DNA from: Microthyrium microscopicum
Lineage: Eukaryota
Direction: 5' to 3'
DNA length: 64,000 nucleotides
Assembly: GCA_010405405.1 (NCBI GenBank)
Contig: MU004234.1
Coordinates: 602,993-666,992 of the forward strand
The position numbers were made by a program, and so were the translations under genes. The notes beneath the pieces were generated by a model, which searched no databases, was not told the DNA's origin, and saw only the letters and a program-made list of their open reading frames with translations. Positions 1-13,012 of this stretch are shown here, in pieces. Positions within the stretch are counted from its first letter, which is position 1. Every line of letters begins with the position of its first letter.

Positions 1-1766
1 CGATTCCTTTCCTGAGGATTAGGAGAAGTGATTCTTTATGGGATATGCTACCACCATCCATCACCTTCTGGGATATACTTGGCTTGGCACCTATAAACGG
101 GCCCAAGAATATTTCTTTCTACACCATCTATCCATTTAGCGCGACTCTGGAGAGCATCACAGACCGATTTATGCAGGAACTCGGACAATGTTATGAATCA
201 TCAAAGTTAGGAGCTCATGCACCTGGACCACCAATTTTAGATCAGCCCAAAAGCTTCATTCCGTGGAGTCTGGGAGCGGAATCATCTTTGGCTGATATTG
301 AGGAGTCCTTGAAAAAGCTTTGCAGTGTCATCGGCTCTAAGCTAGCACTGGTTGATCACGAAAGCAAGCCCATTCCACAATCAAGGCAACATATCAACAA
401 GAACAACGTCGAGAGCTTCGTTATTTACGTTATCAATCCCTTTGAGGATATTGCTGCATTATCGGCTATATCATCAGCATTTGTGGCTCTATGTAACTCT
501 TATCGGCTGGCGAAAACACCATCGTTCCGAACTCGTAAAGCCGATGTTGTCCTACAAATCGTACCAATGTCTGTCATGGCAAAGCTTGGACATTATGTCT
601 TGCTTGACAGCGATAGACTTCGAAATCTAGCGCGGGAAGTCTATGATCGATGTCCAGTGGCTTCCTCTGAAGATGTCGGAGCACTGCCCATCTGTAGTGG
701 GTCTTCAATTCAACTTACAGAGTCATTACCTCGCAAGATTGCTTTTGAGCTCACGGGAGACCCGCCATCGAACATCATGCACAATCCATCTCAATTTTAT
801 CTTGGATATGCAAGAAGCGAAAGTGGAAACTGGGTGACGGCTGCGTTTACAGACAACGCTGGCCGGTATCAGGCAGTTGTCTCTTACTGCCTAACTGGAT
901 CTCGGACCTTCTTGGATATCGCAAAAGAGCTATGGGAAACCTGTATAGACATAATGCGACATCGCAAAGTCAATTGGCGACTATGTATCTCCCGAGCCCA
1001 TGCTATGCCCCCAGAGGAATTGGAGGCATGGGCAAGTGTAGCAGCACCACAACAAGCTCTGCCTTTGATTGCTCTTCTATGCTCTGTCGACATCAATCCC
1101 CCAATTGCTCTCATCCCTTCTATCACACTGCCATCAACACCTCCGCCAAGCGGCGCAAGCCGTCCATACACTCAAACACCTATAGGAACCCCTATTACTC
1201 AACAAGTGGTATCACCAGATCCAGGTGCCAACACACCGACTGGCACACCTTCAGATAATGTAGCAGCTGAAGCATTGAACGATCCAGATTCACACTTGGT
1301 CGACACAACCGACGAAACATATAGTATAATAATCTCCCACCGACTCAACCTCCAAACACCCGGTACCCAAACATTCCATCAAGCACTTTCCAGTGCCTAC
1401 TTAATCCACGTGCCGCCCTCTCAACCCACAGTCAACCCATTCAATCATCAAGAAGTCCTTGACCCATCAACAGCACATTGCATTGCCGTCCACCTCCTCT
1501 TTGCCAACAACTCTGGCAAGGCTCCGGACAATGCCAACGCCGCTGTGGTCCTTAACAGTTCGTCCAATGTCCCTAAAGTCGCATCCGATAACATCATGCG
1601 CGAAATCCTCGGCCCCTTCCGCAATCTTGCACTGCTCGCAAAAGTCAGAGGCCTCAAGGACGGCAAAGGAGGTATAATCCCCTGGCACATCCTTGCGGCA
1701 CTCAAAGGCGTCGAAGGCCTGGATGCAGTATATGGAATGGAGAGATGGACACCCAGCGGTACATAA
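1..1766 (+). CDS. MED13: Mediator kinase-module subunit 13, C-terminal part (5'-truncated by window edge)
   Basis: Open frame from nt 3 (IPFLRIRRSDSLWDMLPPS...) to TAA 1766. Med13 C-terminal features: FWDILGLAP..GPK, FVIYVINPF, VVLQIVP, LAREVYDRCP, YLGYARS..GNWVTAAFTD, TPxxTP region, IIPWHI. Confidence 0.9.
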   Translation, partial: IPFLRIRRSDSLWDMLPPSITFWDILGLAPINGPKNISFYTIYPFSATLESITDRFMQELGQCYESSKLGAHAPGPPILDQPKSFIPWSLGAESSLADIEESLKKLCSVIGSKLALVDHESKPIPQSRQHINKNNVESFVIYVINPFEDIAALSAISSAFVALCNSYRLAKTPSFRTRKADVVLQIVPMSVMAKLGHYVLLDSDRLRNLAREVYDRCPVASSEDVGALPICSGSSIQLTESLPRKIAFELTGDPPSNIMHNPSQFYLGYARSESGNWVTAAFTDNAGRYQAVVSYCLTGSRTFLDIAKELWETCIDIMRHRKVNWRLCISRAHAMPPEELEAWASVAAPQQALPLIALLCSVDINPPIALIPSITLPSTPPPSGASRPYTQTPIGTPITQQVVSPDPGANTPTGTPSDNVAAEALNDPDSHLVDTTDETYSIIISHRLNLQTPGTQTFHQALSSAYLIHVPPSQPTVNPFNHQEVLDPSTAHCIAVHLLFANNSGKAPDNANAAVVLNSSSNVPKVASDNIMREILGPFRNLALLAKVRGLKDGKGGIIPWHILAALKGVEGLDAVYGMERWTPSGT

Positions 1767-3788
1767 ATTACATTACCCAATACAATTATAAACATCATAT
1801 CTCATATCCAGTCTGTTAATATATTCTCGGCCAATAACTCACCTCTCGGCTACGTTCCGGATCTTACAAGGGCATTTCTGCTCTGAGACGTGACTGTCCG
1901 GGTGTTCGGTACGTGAACTGGCTATATGCATACTACTATCGCGACGTGTCAAACTCTTCAGATCCATCGCAAGACACTGACTAGCTATTCCTCTTTCCCA
2001 TAACCGATCACCGTCTACTTACTTACCCAGAACTTGAACTCTTTACACCAGATATAAGATATGCTTTGTCGTCCACACCCTCATCTTCCCAGTCCTCACC
2101 TCCACACTCCAGTCAATCTTCCCATTACCCTATTCCAATTTTTGCACTGCGGCTCCCTTCATTATCTCTACCCGACAACCCGGGGAAGCCCACGCGGTCT
2201 TTCGCACGAGCCTGTCTTATATTAACTGTGTGCTGCGAACTCGCAAACCCTATGGAAGCTCGAGCGCGGCATTTCGCAGCCGCGGTTTAAGATGGCAGCT
2301 ATAGACGGTTCGTCGTGACACAGACTGCTGACGTAGGGCGGTTGCCGTGGAATCGGAGCGGTGTAGTTGAGTGAGCAGTTTGTTGTGGGGCGGTGGCTAC
2401 TTTTGGATATTGTGGTTCGGGAGTTTTATAGTGGAGGAATAGTTGTATTGATCGGTGACTCCCGTGAGGGATGAGATTGTTTGTTTGTATATCTTTTGTA
2501 CAAGGAGTCGATAGTGTGCGGACCAAATTCATCGCTACTATTTTCATTGAGATATTATCACATAGGGACTTGATGATAGGCGATATCTCTTCATTGAGCA
2601 ATAGCATAGAATCAGCAAGCACATACCTTACTTTTTCAAAAGAAGAAGATGGAGCAGTAAATCAAATTAAGGATGTTAGAGATCACTCCGACGTCTTCTC
2701 CACAACAAACTCGTTAAAATTCTATTGAGTACAAAGGAAGTCGAACTCGAGCCCTGCTCTCTCATTCCCGATGGATCAAGAAATGAGGCTCGCTACTGAT
2801 CCAACTACTCCTCATAGGGCATCTCCAGCCTACCCATCCCCTTGCGCAAGGTCTCGAGGAAGATAGTTTCAAATCCCGACTCTAAACCTAGAGTCAATCT
2901 CTTATGTGCCCGGGTTCAGGAACCTTGGTGTTGGAACGATAGCAAACAAGAAAGCGGGAGCTAAAGCACGAGTCACGACTCCTTGCATTTGTTTGCTAGA
3001 TCCAAAGCTTAACAACAAAACGCACAACAAGATTAACCAGGACTGCCTATGCCCTCGTGTCCGCTTCCTAGCAGGCATCACAGATCACTTCAAGGTTTCT
3101 CTTCAGACCTAGGAAAGGCTACTTGCCCTCGTTCAGATCAGTCAGATCAACCAGATCCTATGAGTCAAAGGTTGCCAACTGCTTGGAAAGGCAGGCGGAC
3201 GCGTTGGATCCCTCTTATAAGCACTTAATGACTAGAAAGGGGAACTGAATGCCTGCTGATGAAGTGAACTCTTAGCGAGGCTGAAAGTACAGTAGCACAA
3301 AGCACCAGGCTAGAATATGCGTCTCCAAACAGCGGTATTCGGGCCTTTGAAGCACGACCTTAATTCTTCATGGTACACGTCATTTCCTGTTGTGATACTC
3401 GAACATGGGAGAGCCGGGATGCCGTGGTCAAAATGACTTGTATTTCACCAATCAAATGTGTAAATTGTGGATTTGTTATTATTATTGACTTCGGGTATGT
3501 TGTTGTGTTGTGTGACTTCCAGGGCTGCAGTAATGAAATGAATGTAGCGGTTTCCATCAAAAACAATGAACGGTGTAATGATCTAAATGACGGTAGTTTC
3601 TAAAAAGCTGGATATACTAGAGGCAATTTGTTGATCGTTCCATCAGGCAGTTCTCCGAGACAATGATGGTGACACTACTACAGCGCATATCATACTGGTT
3701 AGAATGTCATATTGAGAATCAGTGGAGTTCGAGATTTTCATACCGTATTAGCTTTAGAACTAAATAATATTCGACTACAAACAACTCG

Positions 3789-5591
3789 CTAACCACCACT
3801 TCCACAAGAAGACGTATAATTAGATACAGGAGCTTTACCACACATCATATGTGCACCACACCTCAAACCACCAGCCGATTCACCTACACTCTGATTTCCA
3901 AACACAGAGCTCGCATATTCATAAGGCCCCAAAGAGCCCGAAGAATACCAATTCGCCGCATACAATGGAAAGCTCACTGGATGAACCGCAGGAATGGTCT
4001 TATGAAACCCAAATATAACCTCCTCCTTTCTCGACGGTATCCCCACTCCCCCAGTCCGGCTCAAAATCGGCCATCTCTGCTTCCGCCATTCTGTTCTATA
4101 GTAATCCAGAGATCGGAGTATGTTGCTATGCGGTTCTTTTATCCCATCAATCTGTCTCTGTAGCTGGTTCACCACTCGTGTCTGTTGTTCAGTCGCTTGT
4201 GTCTTTCTTCGCTCCTTGTCTGCCATTATAGGCGCCAGATGTTTAGGCGATGCCATAAGTCTACTTAATGTCCCCTTGCGCTCCCATCCTCGTGGCAAGT
4301 CTGGGTGAATCCCTGGTCTGCCCATGGCTGCTGCGCGAGCATCTGTATCTGCTTTGTAGGCGCGTTCAAACGCATTCTGGACAGCACGCAGTTCGGCGCG
4401 TGCAATTGCGATGTCTCGTTCTGGTTCAAGGAGTAGCAGGTCTTGCATTTCACGTGTTTGCACTAGTTCATACTGCATCTTATCGAGCTGTTGTTGTCGG
4501 CCTAGGTCGAAGGTCCATAGTTCTTGTTGGGCAGGCGTCATGCCAGGCGGTGGTCGGGTGAGCCGTGGATCCTTCTGAGGTGCCAGACCGGCGGCGTCGG
4601 TTCCTGGAGCGAGGTAATCTTCTCGATATATTTGGGTCCATAACTGCTTAGTGTGCTCGAGTCCACTGCTCAGGTTGGGCGTATCTATGGTATCATCGTG
4701 GTTGATGGCACGGCCAACGTTCATGATGCACCACTCTTCGTATTTGTTGGAGCTCAGTTGATGCGTGTGCCAGACTAGATCGATGTCGAGTGTTGGTACG
4801 ATCATCTGGCCTTGTAGTCGTATAAGGTTCATGAACTTGACGTATCGAAGCCTCATGTGGTCGAGCATTGGCCGAGGGACTGGGTCTTGAGGGTACATAG
4901 CGGTTATCTTCTTTGAGAAATGCCATTGTCGAATCACAGCTTCTGCAAGGTTCAGTCCAAATCTAGAGGTTCTTGTTGCTGTAGGTGAAGTTTGAGCTGG
5001 TGCCTGGATCAATCTTGCAAAGAAGGGATTGTTTCCGCGATAGATATCTTGGGCAACCTCGAAGATCTGGAATGGCTCAGACGGATACATGGCAGACCAT
5101 GCTCTGAAAGAGTGTTCATCTCCAAACTGCAAATGCTGAAGTCGTGCAGCATATCGAAATAAAGAGATATCCAATCTGCCGGCCAGTGGTGCATATTGAG
5201 GTTTATCAAGGTCGCCTTTATAGTGAAAAGGAGATAACAGATGCGCGTGTAGAATTAATGCGACATCCCTAGAGAATATTTAGAATTGACTTTTAAAACT
5301 AAGCTCCTTAACTGACCAAGGTGGAAGAGGCAAAGACTCCTGTTTAGTATTGTTGTGTGCGAGAAGGAGTTCAAGATACAAAACATATCTATCTTCTGCA
5401 GCGTTGAGAATATTTATCAAAGTACCAGCAGGTCCGGCATCACAAGCATCCAAGATAGCGCAAAAGAATCGCAGCAGGGTTAAATGTGCCTATATAACTT
5501 AGCATTTGACCAACTGGGTTATCAATGCTCTTACTTGTGTTCTGAGTGCGTTGAACTCAATTGCATCTGTATACACCTTTTTGATATCCAT
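3789..5591 (-). CDS. Glycine-rich domain-containing protein (GRDP/DUF1399 family), 3 exons
   Basis: Spliced model: ATG 5591 (MDIKKVYTDAIEF), introns 5490-5534 and 5269-5316 (GT..AG). Gives LPPWDVALILHAHLLSP and RYVKFMNL...VPTLDIDLVWHTHQLS...INHDD, typical of GRDP; ends in a Gly/Cys tail (GGLRCG..CG..SSCGSGG). Confidence 0.8.
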
Positions 5592-6538
5592 TTCAGAAAT
5601 GGATGTCGAAAAATAAATACAAGAGCTATGTCAATCATTTCCCGAGGTATGCGGATCTTTACAACTTTTTCATTAGACTTATCGGGCATGAGGTTGTCCC
5701 AGGCCGCTGTAGTTGGGATAGCTGCGCCTCCTTCACCAACCCTTTTCTAGGACAGCTTCTTTTTCTTTTCGCTTAAATTGAGCAAATGACTGAAGAGCTA
5801 GACACTGATAAGGGTGAACTAACAATCCTCAGCCTCGAAGAAGAATATTGTTCTGCGCTACCGTCTCCAACTCAGCCACGACTCCTGTTTAAATGGCTGT
5901 GACAATGACATGCCTTGAAAGTAGAGAATCCTAACCTAAGCTCTGCAACTAATCGAAAGGCGGTTTTAGATATATTCGCCTGTATCAAAGTTCCGTATGA
6001 TCTTTGTTATGAATGTTAATTGAATGGTATTGGTAGTTTTGCTCTACTTTGTAAAGAGTAGCGACCAGCTACTTGAAGCTATATAATAATACATTTGATT
6101 TCAGATGAATGAACCCCGATGACCATGCGGGCAGATGCGAAATTTATCAATGGCAAGTGACAAATGTGGTGTCAAGTCAAATATGTTCGCCATGAGACAA
6201 CATGAACAAGACGATGCAAAGCATCGTCAGATCGCAAGCAATGCGCTCCAATGCGCAGAACCGGAAAAGGACCTCCCGTCTCATCTTTTAATCCCAGCCT
6301 CGTCCTCTCATCCCATCAATCCATCCTTCATCCCAATCATATTTCGTTCGCGAGAACTCCAGGTCCCTAGCCAACTCCAACCTCATGCGCTCCAGCACCA
6401 TAAGAACGTTTAACGGGGGAATCATAGTACAGTGTGAATGGTATCCAAGTAGTAAGAAAAAAAGACCCTCCAATCCTCGCATCGTTCAAGTTCGTAAGAA
6501 AGAAAAATAGAATGAAATATGTTTGTGCGCGCGCGCGG

Positions 6539-6808
6539 CTATATGACCAGAGCAGCGACACCAGCAACGGCTGCGAGACCGAATGCGCCGGCAGCGTTAT
6601 GCGCTGCGCTGTTCGTCTTGGAGACTGCTGGCGCAGAGGTGACGGAGCTGGCTTTGACGGTTGCGCTGGATGAGGTGGTGGATGTTGGTCGGTTTGTGTA
6701 GGCGGTGGAGACCATTACTACGGTGCGGGTTGAGGTGGTGGTGGTGGTGTCGGTGCTGGCGTAGGCGGCCAGTGGGAGGATGGCGAAGAGAAGAGTGGAT
6801 AGACGCAT
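6539..6808 (-). CDS. Small secreted Ser/Thr-rich, probably GPI-anchored protein (89 aa)
   Basis: ATG 6808 after AAA context. Signal peptide MRLSTLLFAILPLAAYA, Thr/Ser-rich middle, NSAA omega-like site and hydrophobic tail AFGLAAVAGVAALVI. Confidence 0.8.
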   Translation of the reverse strand: MRLSTLLFAILPLAAYASTDTTTTTSTRTVVMVSTAYTNRPTSTTSSSATVKASSVTSAPAVSKTNSAAHNAAGAFGLAAVAGVAALVI

Positions 6809-9800
6809 TTTGGTAGTGTTGATTTTGAGAATTGGTATGTGGTTTTGTGGTTGCAGTGTTTGTTTAGCAATATTCAAATTGCGCCTTAAAAGTATATGAT
6901 TTGGAGAAGCGGAAGAGTGTTTCCAAAAGTGAAAGGAGTTGTGTTGGTATTGGATATGGACTGAGCAAGCAGTCGCAATGCGATATACGCCCCAGCAAAA
7001 GAGTGTCAGGAATCAAATGTTTCAACTTTGAATAAAGAGTGAGAGTAAAAAAGCGAGAGCAAAATGCAGGGGGTCTAGTCGGGGGTTATAAGAATATGGA
7101 TGAGTGGAAGGTTAACAAGAGCGCAAGCACGAGAGAGAGAGAGTAATTTGAGCAAGCCGACTAGACGGTAACCAGTTACCAAGGGCCCAGACCAGCAGTA
7201 ATAACCAATATGGATAATGAGTAGAGTTACGACTACACCTCCCACGAACAACGCACGGTACGGAGTCGATTCTGGGGTTTGCCCAGAAAAGAGCTAGCCT
7301 AGAAAAGATGGTCTGCGATAGGCCTTGTAGGCTTTAGCTTTCAAGCCAGCACAGGCCTTGGCCGAACGGTTGAACAAGAGGAAGGTTTGGAGGTTTGGGC
7401 CCTTGGGTGAGGGTGCTGCAGAAATCAAACCCCCAAATTGAGCAACTGCTGCGATCATGAGCGCCAACACCCTGGTTGTGCTCACTGCTCATGGGCGAAT
7501 GATGCCAGAGTCTAACCTGAGTTACCTGACGATACGCCTACGACTCGCCAGCACTTGAAACTCCTGTTGTTTGTTGGATTGAATTTGCTGACCGCCTGTA
7601 TCACCAGCATACGTGGTTTACAGATCCGCGCACTCTAATATTCACCATCAACATCGATACAACAGTAAAGACAATCCCGAAAATCCAACTGCATTCGCTG
7701 GCAGCAGCGCTGTCAAAAGACAGTAAAAAGGGGCATCGTGAGATTTCGCCAAAGTGCCCCAAATCTCCAAGCCCACCAGAAACCATCGTGCCTTTCCCAA
7801 CTAGGAAATCAAAAGGCGTGAGAGGCACCAAAGGCCAATTTCCCAAGTGGTGTGCCAAGTTGAGCCCGCCGCGGCACCGCCCTGTGGTGCACAGCAACCA
7901 GGTGCCGACGGCCCAATCCCAAACTGTCAACAGCAATCTAGCCAGGCACACCCGCAAACCTACCCTCGTGCTTATGCCATATTAAGCCTAGGGTCAGGTA
8001 CCGTACACATTGGATGGATGGATGTTGGATGAATCAAGATCGTGGGATTTTTAGTTGGCTTCCTTATTTGTTGCTGGCTATGCTGATGATTGCCGCCCTT
8101 TGTAGTGTTTGGTCATATCCTTTGCAACAAGGTTCTATTCTTATCACTAACCTAATTTCCACCGGGCGACCCATGAGCATTTGAAGCGAAACTATCTCTT
8201 CATAAGTTCTCGCCCCATCACACGAACTGCGCATCGTGAACCTGTGAATTTACCCCTTTTGGTGCTTATTGAGACTTCTTGGGGCCTTGGGTTCTTGGTA
8301 TGTTGGGAAGGGTAAGCGCGTGGGATCACGGCGCTTTGCGACACGATGGTTCTTCAGCTTTGGCTTGGATCGTGAAGAATTTATTGTTTGGTTTGGGAGG
8401 TCGTGTGCCTCCATGCTCAGACTACTAATTTCCTTCTCCCAGAAGAAGAGATTTGTTCGTGTTGGGAATGAGCACATGACGGGATTTGAGATTTGATTGC
8501 GGCGGCCAATACGGACAAAAAGTATTATCTGTCGCACGCTGGTAACGTATCCTGTATTTTGTGATATGTCAAATTTCTTGTTGAACAAAGACTACCAACG
8601 GAGCGGGTATTTTGTGTTGATTGCGCCCAGAAATGTTTGCCTGGCTAACGGGATATCGTGAACACTGAATCTGGGAGGATTGTCTTTATTTTGTTGCTTG
8701 GTAAAGTATTTCCAGAGTCTGGATATATTGCGTTTAGTTTATTCTAGAACGTTTTCATCCGCAGAGGCCAATTGATGGCCTGTTAAGCGGATCATATTTC
8801 GAGATGGCGCAAGCGTTGTCGATATTCGAATTGCACGTAAATAGCCTGTCATAATCAATGTCGTGGAAGGTTATTCCGTGAGTTATTCGTGCGAATTCTG
8901 CTATGGAAAAGAGTACAAGATAGTTGCTGCGGCGGTACATAGACATTTTGTTGGAAAGGTACACCACATGTCGCCTCGTGGTATCGTGGATGCCAGACGG
9001 ACGATCTGAGAACGCACGTGGGAATCCAACTTCATTTCGCAGTTTGAACCTTGCATCCTACCTACAAATGATAAAGTCCTATATCGAACCACCGTTTCTT
9101 GGATATCAACAGATCTATCCACTGCAACTCAGTTCCCTGCCTTCCTCATCTTTAACAAGAACATTGGTGTTGAAAGGCGACCTGAACATCAAGCATACTT
9201 ACGCGGCGACCTGACTGACCAGCCATCCTTCGATATATCCATAACTTTCGAAGAATATTCGCAGCGCAAATACATTTCCAGCAAAATGAATGGACAATAA
9301 TACCCCAACTATAGGAAACCGAAGAGCCGCATATCCGCAACCTGCACGATCTTCCTGCCACTCGCATTTAGATCTTGATCACCACAGATCTCAACAAAAT
9401 TCTCCGCCCCAGACTCCACTGTCCAGTACCTGCCACCCAATTCCAATCGATCGTGAACGCACAACAACGGTGAGTTAAAATAATTCTCCGCATTATCCTG
9501 CCACATAATTATTTTCAGCAATTGTATGCACAGCTGTAAACAGAAATAAGCGAACTATGTATCCACCTAGTTCGCTGCATAGAATTTGCGGAGAATATTC
9601 TTCTAGTGATGTTTAGAAACGCGCAAGGTTGGAAAACACGGTTGATCGGTCCAAGCCGGTCATGAACGTGTTTGTTTCGTTTGGCAGAAACGATCTCGTT
9701 TCGTTTCAACAGAGAATGTAAACGACAGTGCCTGTGATCCACCGAGCCGCTCAAGCGAATATGCACGATGCGAAAGAAATCCACTTCCTACCAAACGACA

Positions 9801-11767
9801 CAGCGCTTCCAGCATGTTGGCATTTTGCAACTTCCAAGCATAAGGATGAGCAATGTTGCTTGTCTCATAGCCAACAATGTAGAACTCCACTTCCCAGCTT
9901 ACTTTCCTTGAAATCCTGGATATAAAATTGTAAGGGGTTGTGAAGTGTAGAATAAACTCTAAAGCTGGCTAGAACAGTGGTTACCGGTCCTGCGGGCAGC
10001 GGGAGAGTGTCCGAAAATCCAAAGAACACCTTCCTGGATTGTTCGATGATCTCCCATGAACCCTAGCTGTCGATCTTCTAAACATAAACGTCCCTTTCGT
10101 CTTTAATAGGCAAGTAACTACACCCAGACGACACATAACATTTACAGTTACACTACTCATTCGGTGCGGGGCATAATCGCACAGTTTCAAGGCAAGCGTG
10201 GCAAGCATGGCAAGTCAAAGGTACGAAATGGCGAAATAAAAATGGTGCATGTCGCGAAATGTTCGATATCGGACGTGGTGTTACTCTACGAATGCCATGT
10301 CGAGAAATCCGATTATTAGACAAAACACGTGGATGTATCACAGCCTTTGTCTATTACTCATGATATACTCCTAGCGTTGTTGGTTTTCGCAATATTGACT
10401 TTTGATATCGTAAGAACTCCAACTTTGAGGCTCCGCTAAATTAGATTTCCTAAAACGGTCGGTTCTTCTTGGACTCTTGGAAGGTTAGTGAAAAGTTTTC
10501 TGGAACAATTCTCCCTCGCTTCGCACAGGCAGGTTGCACATGTTCCACGTTCCGACAAACCCAATTTGGCAGTCGCACGAAAGTGGGAAATCTAACTTTG
10601 CGACAGGAGGTTTGATGGATTCATGGAAGTTGGAAGATGGTCCCTTTTCCCTTGCGTTGGTTCGGGGAATTAATTTTGGGTCCCAACAGGAACTTTAATC
10701 TTACGCATGTTTCGTCAGGTACTTTCTAGCCTGGAAGCAAAAGAAAAACACCAGCGATTCGCCTGGGATTCTGCCTGACAGTGAGATCTGTATGCCTGCG
10801 GGGGGTTTGCAACATTCTGGGCCGGAATGTTGGCCGCAAATTCCCAAAGTGGAGACGTAACAACAACCAGGGGGTCTGGGAGACCGAAAGGGGAGGCGCC
10901 GCGTAGGCTTTCGGTCAAATGTAAAAGTGATTAAAGTTTCAAAAGAGGCTGGATTCGGTCACGGAAAGTGAGAAATTGGCAGAGATTTGGAAGGGAGAAG
11001 GAAGTGGTTTGGTAAGAAGATGGCTGCAGGGGCGTTGTTGGTGGCGTGCGTGAAATGCAGGAACGAAGCAGGCCTTGGCAGCAATTGAAGCAGGAACGAG
11101 CGGTTAGCTCCATACACTAGACTACTTTTGGGTACGGCTAGGCTGAATAGCGCCTTCCTAAGAGTTGTTGAGTCTGAGAGCAACAAGCCAAAGCTCCACC
11201 ATCAACACACTGACAAGTCGTACACCCTTCTTTTCCTCCTGCTTGAGTCTGGCAATGTGCTTTGCCTGTGTGCTTGCGCCCGCTGCTGCGCTGCCCCCAA
11301 AGGTCACCAAATGTCGCGACGCCATCTCACATCTCACACCTGTCAGTTCAGCCTCTGAGCTTGTTCAAGATGGAGCCCGTTTGAAACTCCAACAACTGAT
11401 TAATCTATGAGGCAGGGGCGGTGGATCTCATTACTTGCCATCTCTAATGCAATTACTGCTTGGCCGCAGACTGCTCCAATTCATCCCAAATCGGCCATAT
11501 GTGAGAGAAATGTAGACTGTGGAAATTAGTGATATAAGACCAGGGGGGAACGCAGTGAAAAAGAAGAATTGCAAAGTGGCTTTCTTCGCTACACAGTCTA
11601 CACCAGTCAAATCAACGTCTTTTTTACGAGGCCTATTTCACAACTTGACCTTGCTTGTCAACGCTTAAACGCCATCCATTACATATATCCTCCCACCCCT
11701 TCCCCGTCTGAGCACCTTTCCTCTCCCCCAAGCTGCTCACACTCTTTTTTACTACCTACCTATCATC

Positions 11768-13012
11768 ATGCACGCTTCAACATTCTTCGTCTCCTGGCTT
11801 GCAGGCAGTGCCCTCGCCGTCCCAGCTTATCGCCATCATTCAAGATCTTCGAAATCTGCAAATTCTACGACGGCGGTGGCAAATGCTTTTTCTTCCTCTT
11901 CGACTTCTAGCTGTTCTTCGTCAACAACTACTGTCTACACCACCTCAATCGTATATGCAACAGCAACATCATCTCCCAGCACTGTAGAATCTGGAAGTGG
12001 CTCTGGCAGCGGCTCTGGATCAGGCAGTGGATCATCTCCAAGCGCTCCAGTCGCTGCTGTAAGCTCCAAGAAGTCATCACCTTCTGCTGCTGTAAGCTCC
12101 AAGAAGTCATCACCATCTGCTGCGGCCTCGTCATCAACACCTGTCGCAAGCTCAGTACCAGCTGCCCCAGTCAGCAGTGGAACCACCACCTCCGGCACCG
12201 GCGCTCTAGACGTCGCAGTTGGAGCCAAATGGCAAATCATTCTCTCCAAGGACGTCAACGTTGCCGCGCCTGTCGCGCCAATGGACGCTGATGTCTGGGA
12301 TTTGGATCTCTTCGATACACCCGCCGCGACCATCGCCGCTCTCAAAGCAACTGGAAAGAAGGTTCTCTGCTACTTGAGCGCCGGCACATATGAGCCAGGT
12401 CGTCCAGATTCTACTCAATTGGCCGCAACCACCCTCGGTGCTGCTCTCCCAGCCTGGCCCGATGAGAAGTGGCTCGACGTTCGCGACCCAGCAGTCTTGA
12501 CCATCATGCAAGCTCGTATCGCGCTGGCCGCATCAAAGGGTTGTGATGGCATTGATCCCGACAACATGGGTAAGTTTTCTCCAAAAGGTGTATCGTACCA
12601 CGAGGAATACTAACCTGATATAGATGCGTACAACAACCAGAATGGTGGCGGGTTCTCAACCCCACTTACCCAAGCAGATGCCGTGACATACACACAAGCT
12701 CTCTCTGCTGCTGCCAAATCCGCCGGCCTAGCCATTGGCCTCAAGAACGCTGGAGAGATCTTGCCCCAAGTCACCGACCACGTCGACTTTGCCGTCAACG
12801 AATCCTGCGTGCAATTCAACGAGTGCGAACTCTACGACTCCTTCGTAGGCGGCGGAAAGCCCGTCTTCCACATTGAGTACTCAAGCTCAACATCAGTGTG
12901 TACCCAGGGCGGCGCAACATCCGCACTATCCACCGTGCTCAAGAACGACGCTCTCGACGGAACAGTAACATACTGCGACGGCACAAAGGTCACCACCTCG
13001 ACAACAAGCTAA
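11768..13012 (+). CDS. Secreted glycoside hydrolase family 114 (endo-alpha-1,4-polygalactosaminidase-like) with Ser-rich linker
   Basis: Signal peptide and Ser/Gly/Ala linker, then WQIIL, VWDLDLFD, VLCYLSAGTYEPGRPD, DGIDPDNM-DAY (intron 12570-12623), GLKNA, FAVNESCVQFNEC, KPVFHIEY, all characteristic of GH114. Confidence 0.9.
12052..12125 (+). repeat. 33-nt coding tandem duplication (AAVSSKKSSPS x2) in the GH114 linker
   Basis: gctgctgtaagctccaagaagtcatcacc occurs twice in tandem, preceded by a (GS)n repeat. Confidence 0.8.

Noticed and set aside
2066..3603. Short ORFs between MED13 and the GRDP gene
   Set aside because: No motifs, several non-ATG starts, overlapping on both strands; consistent with chance.
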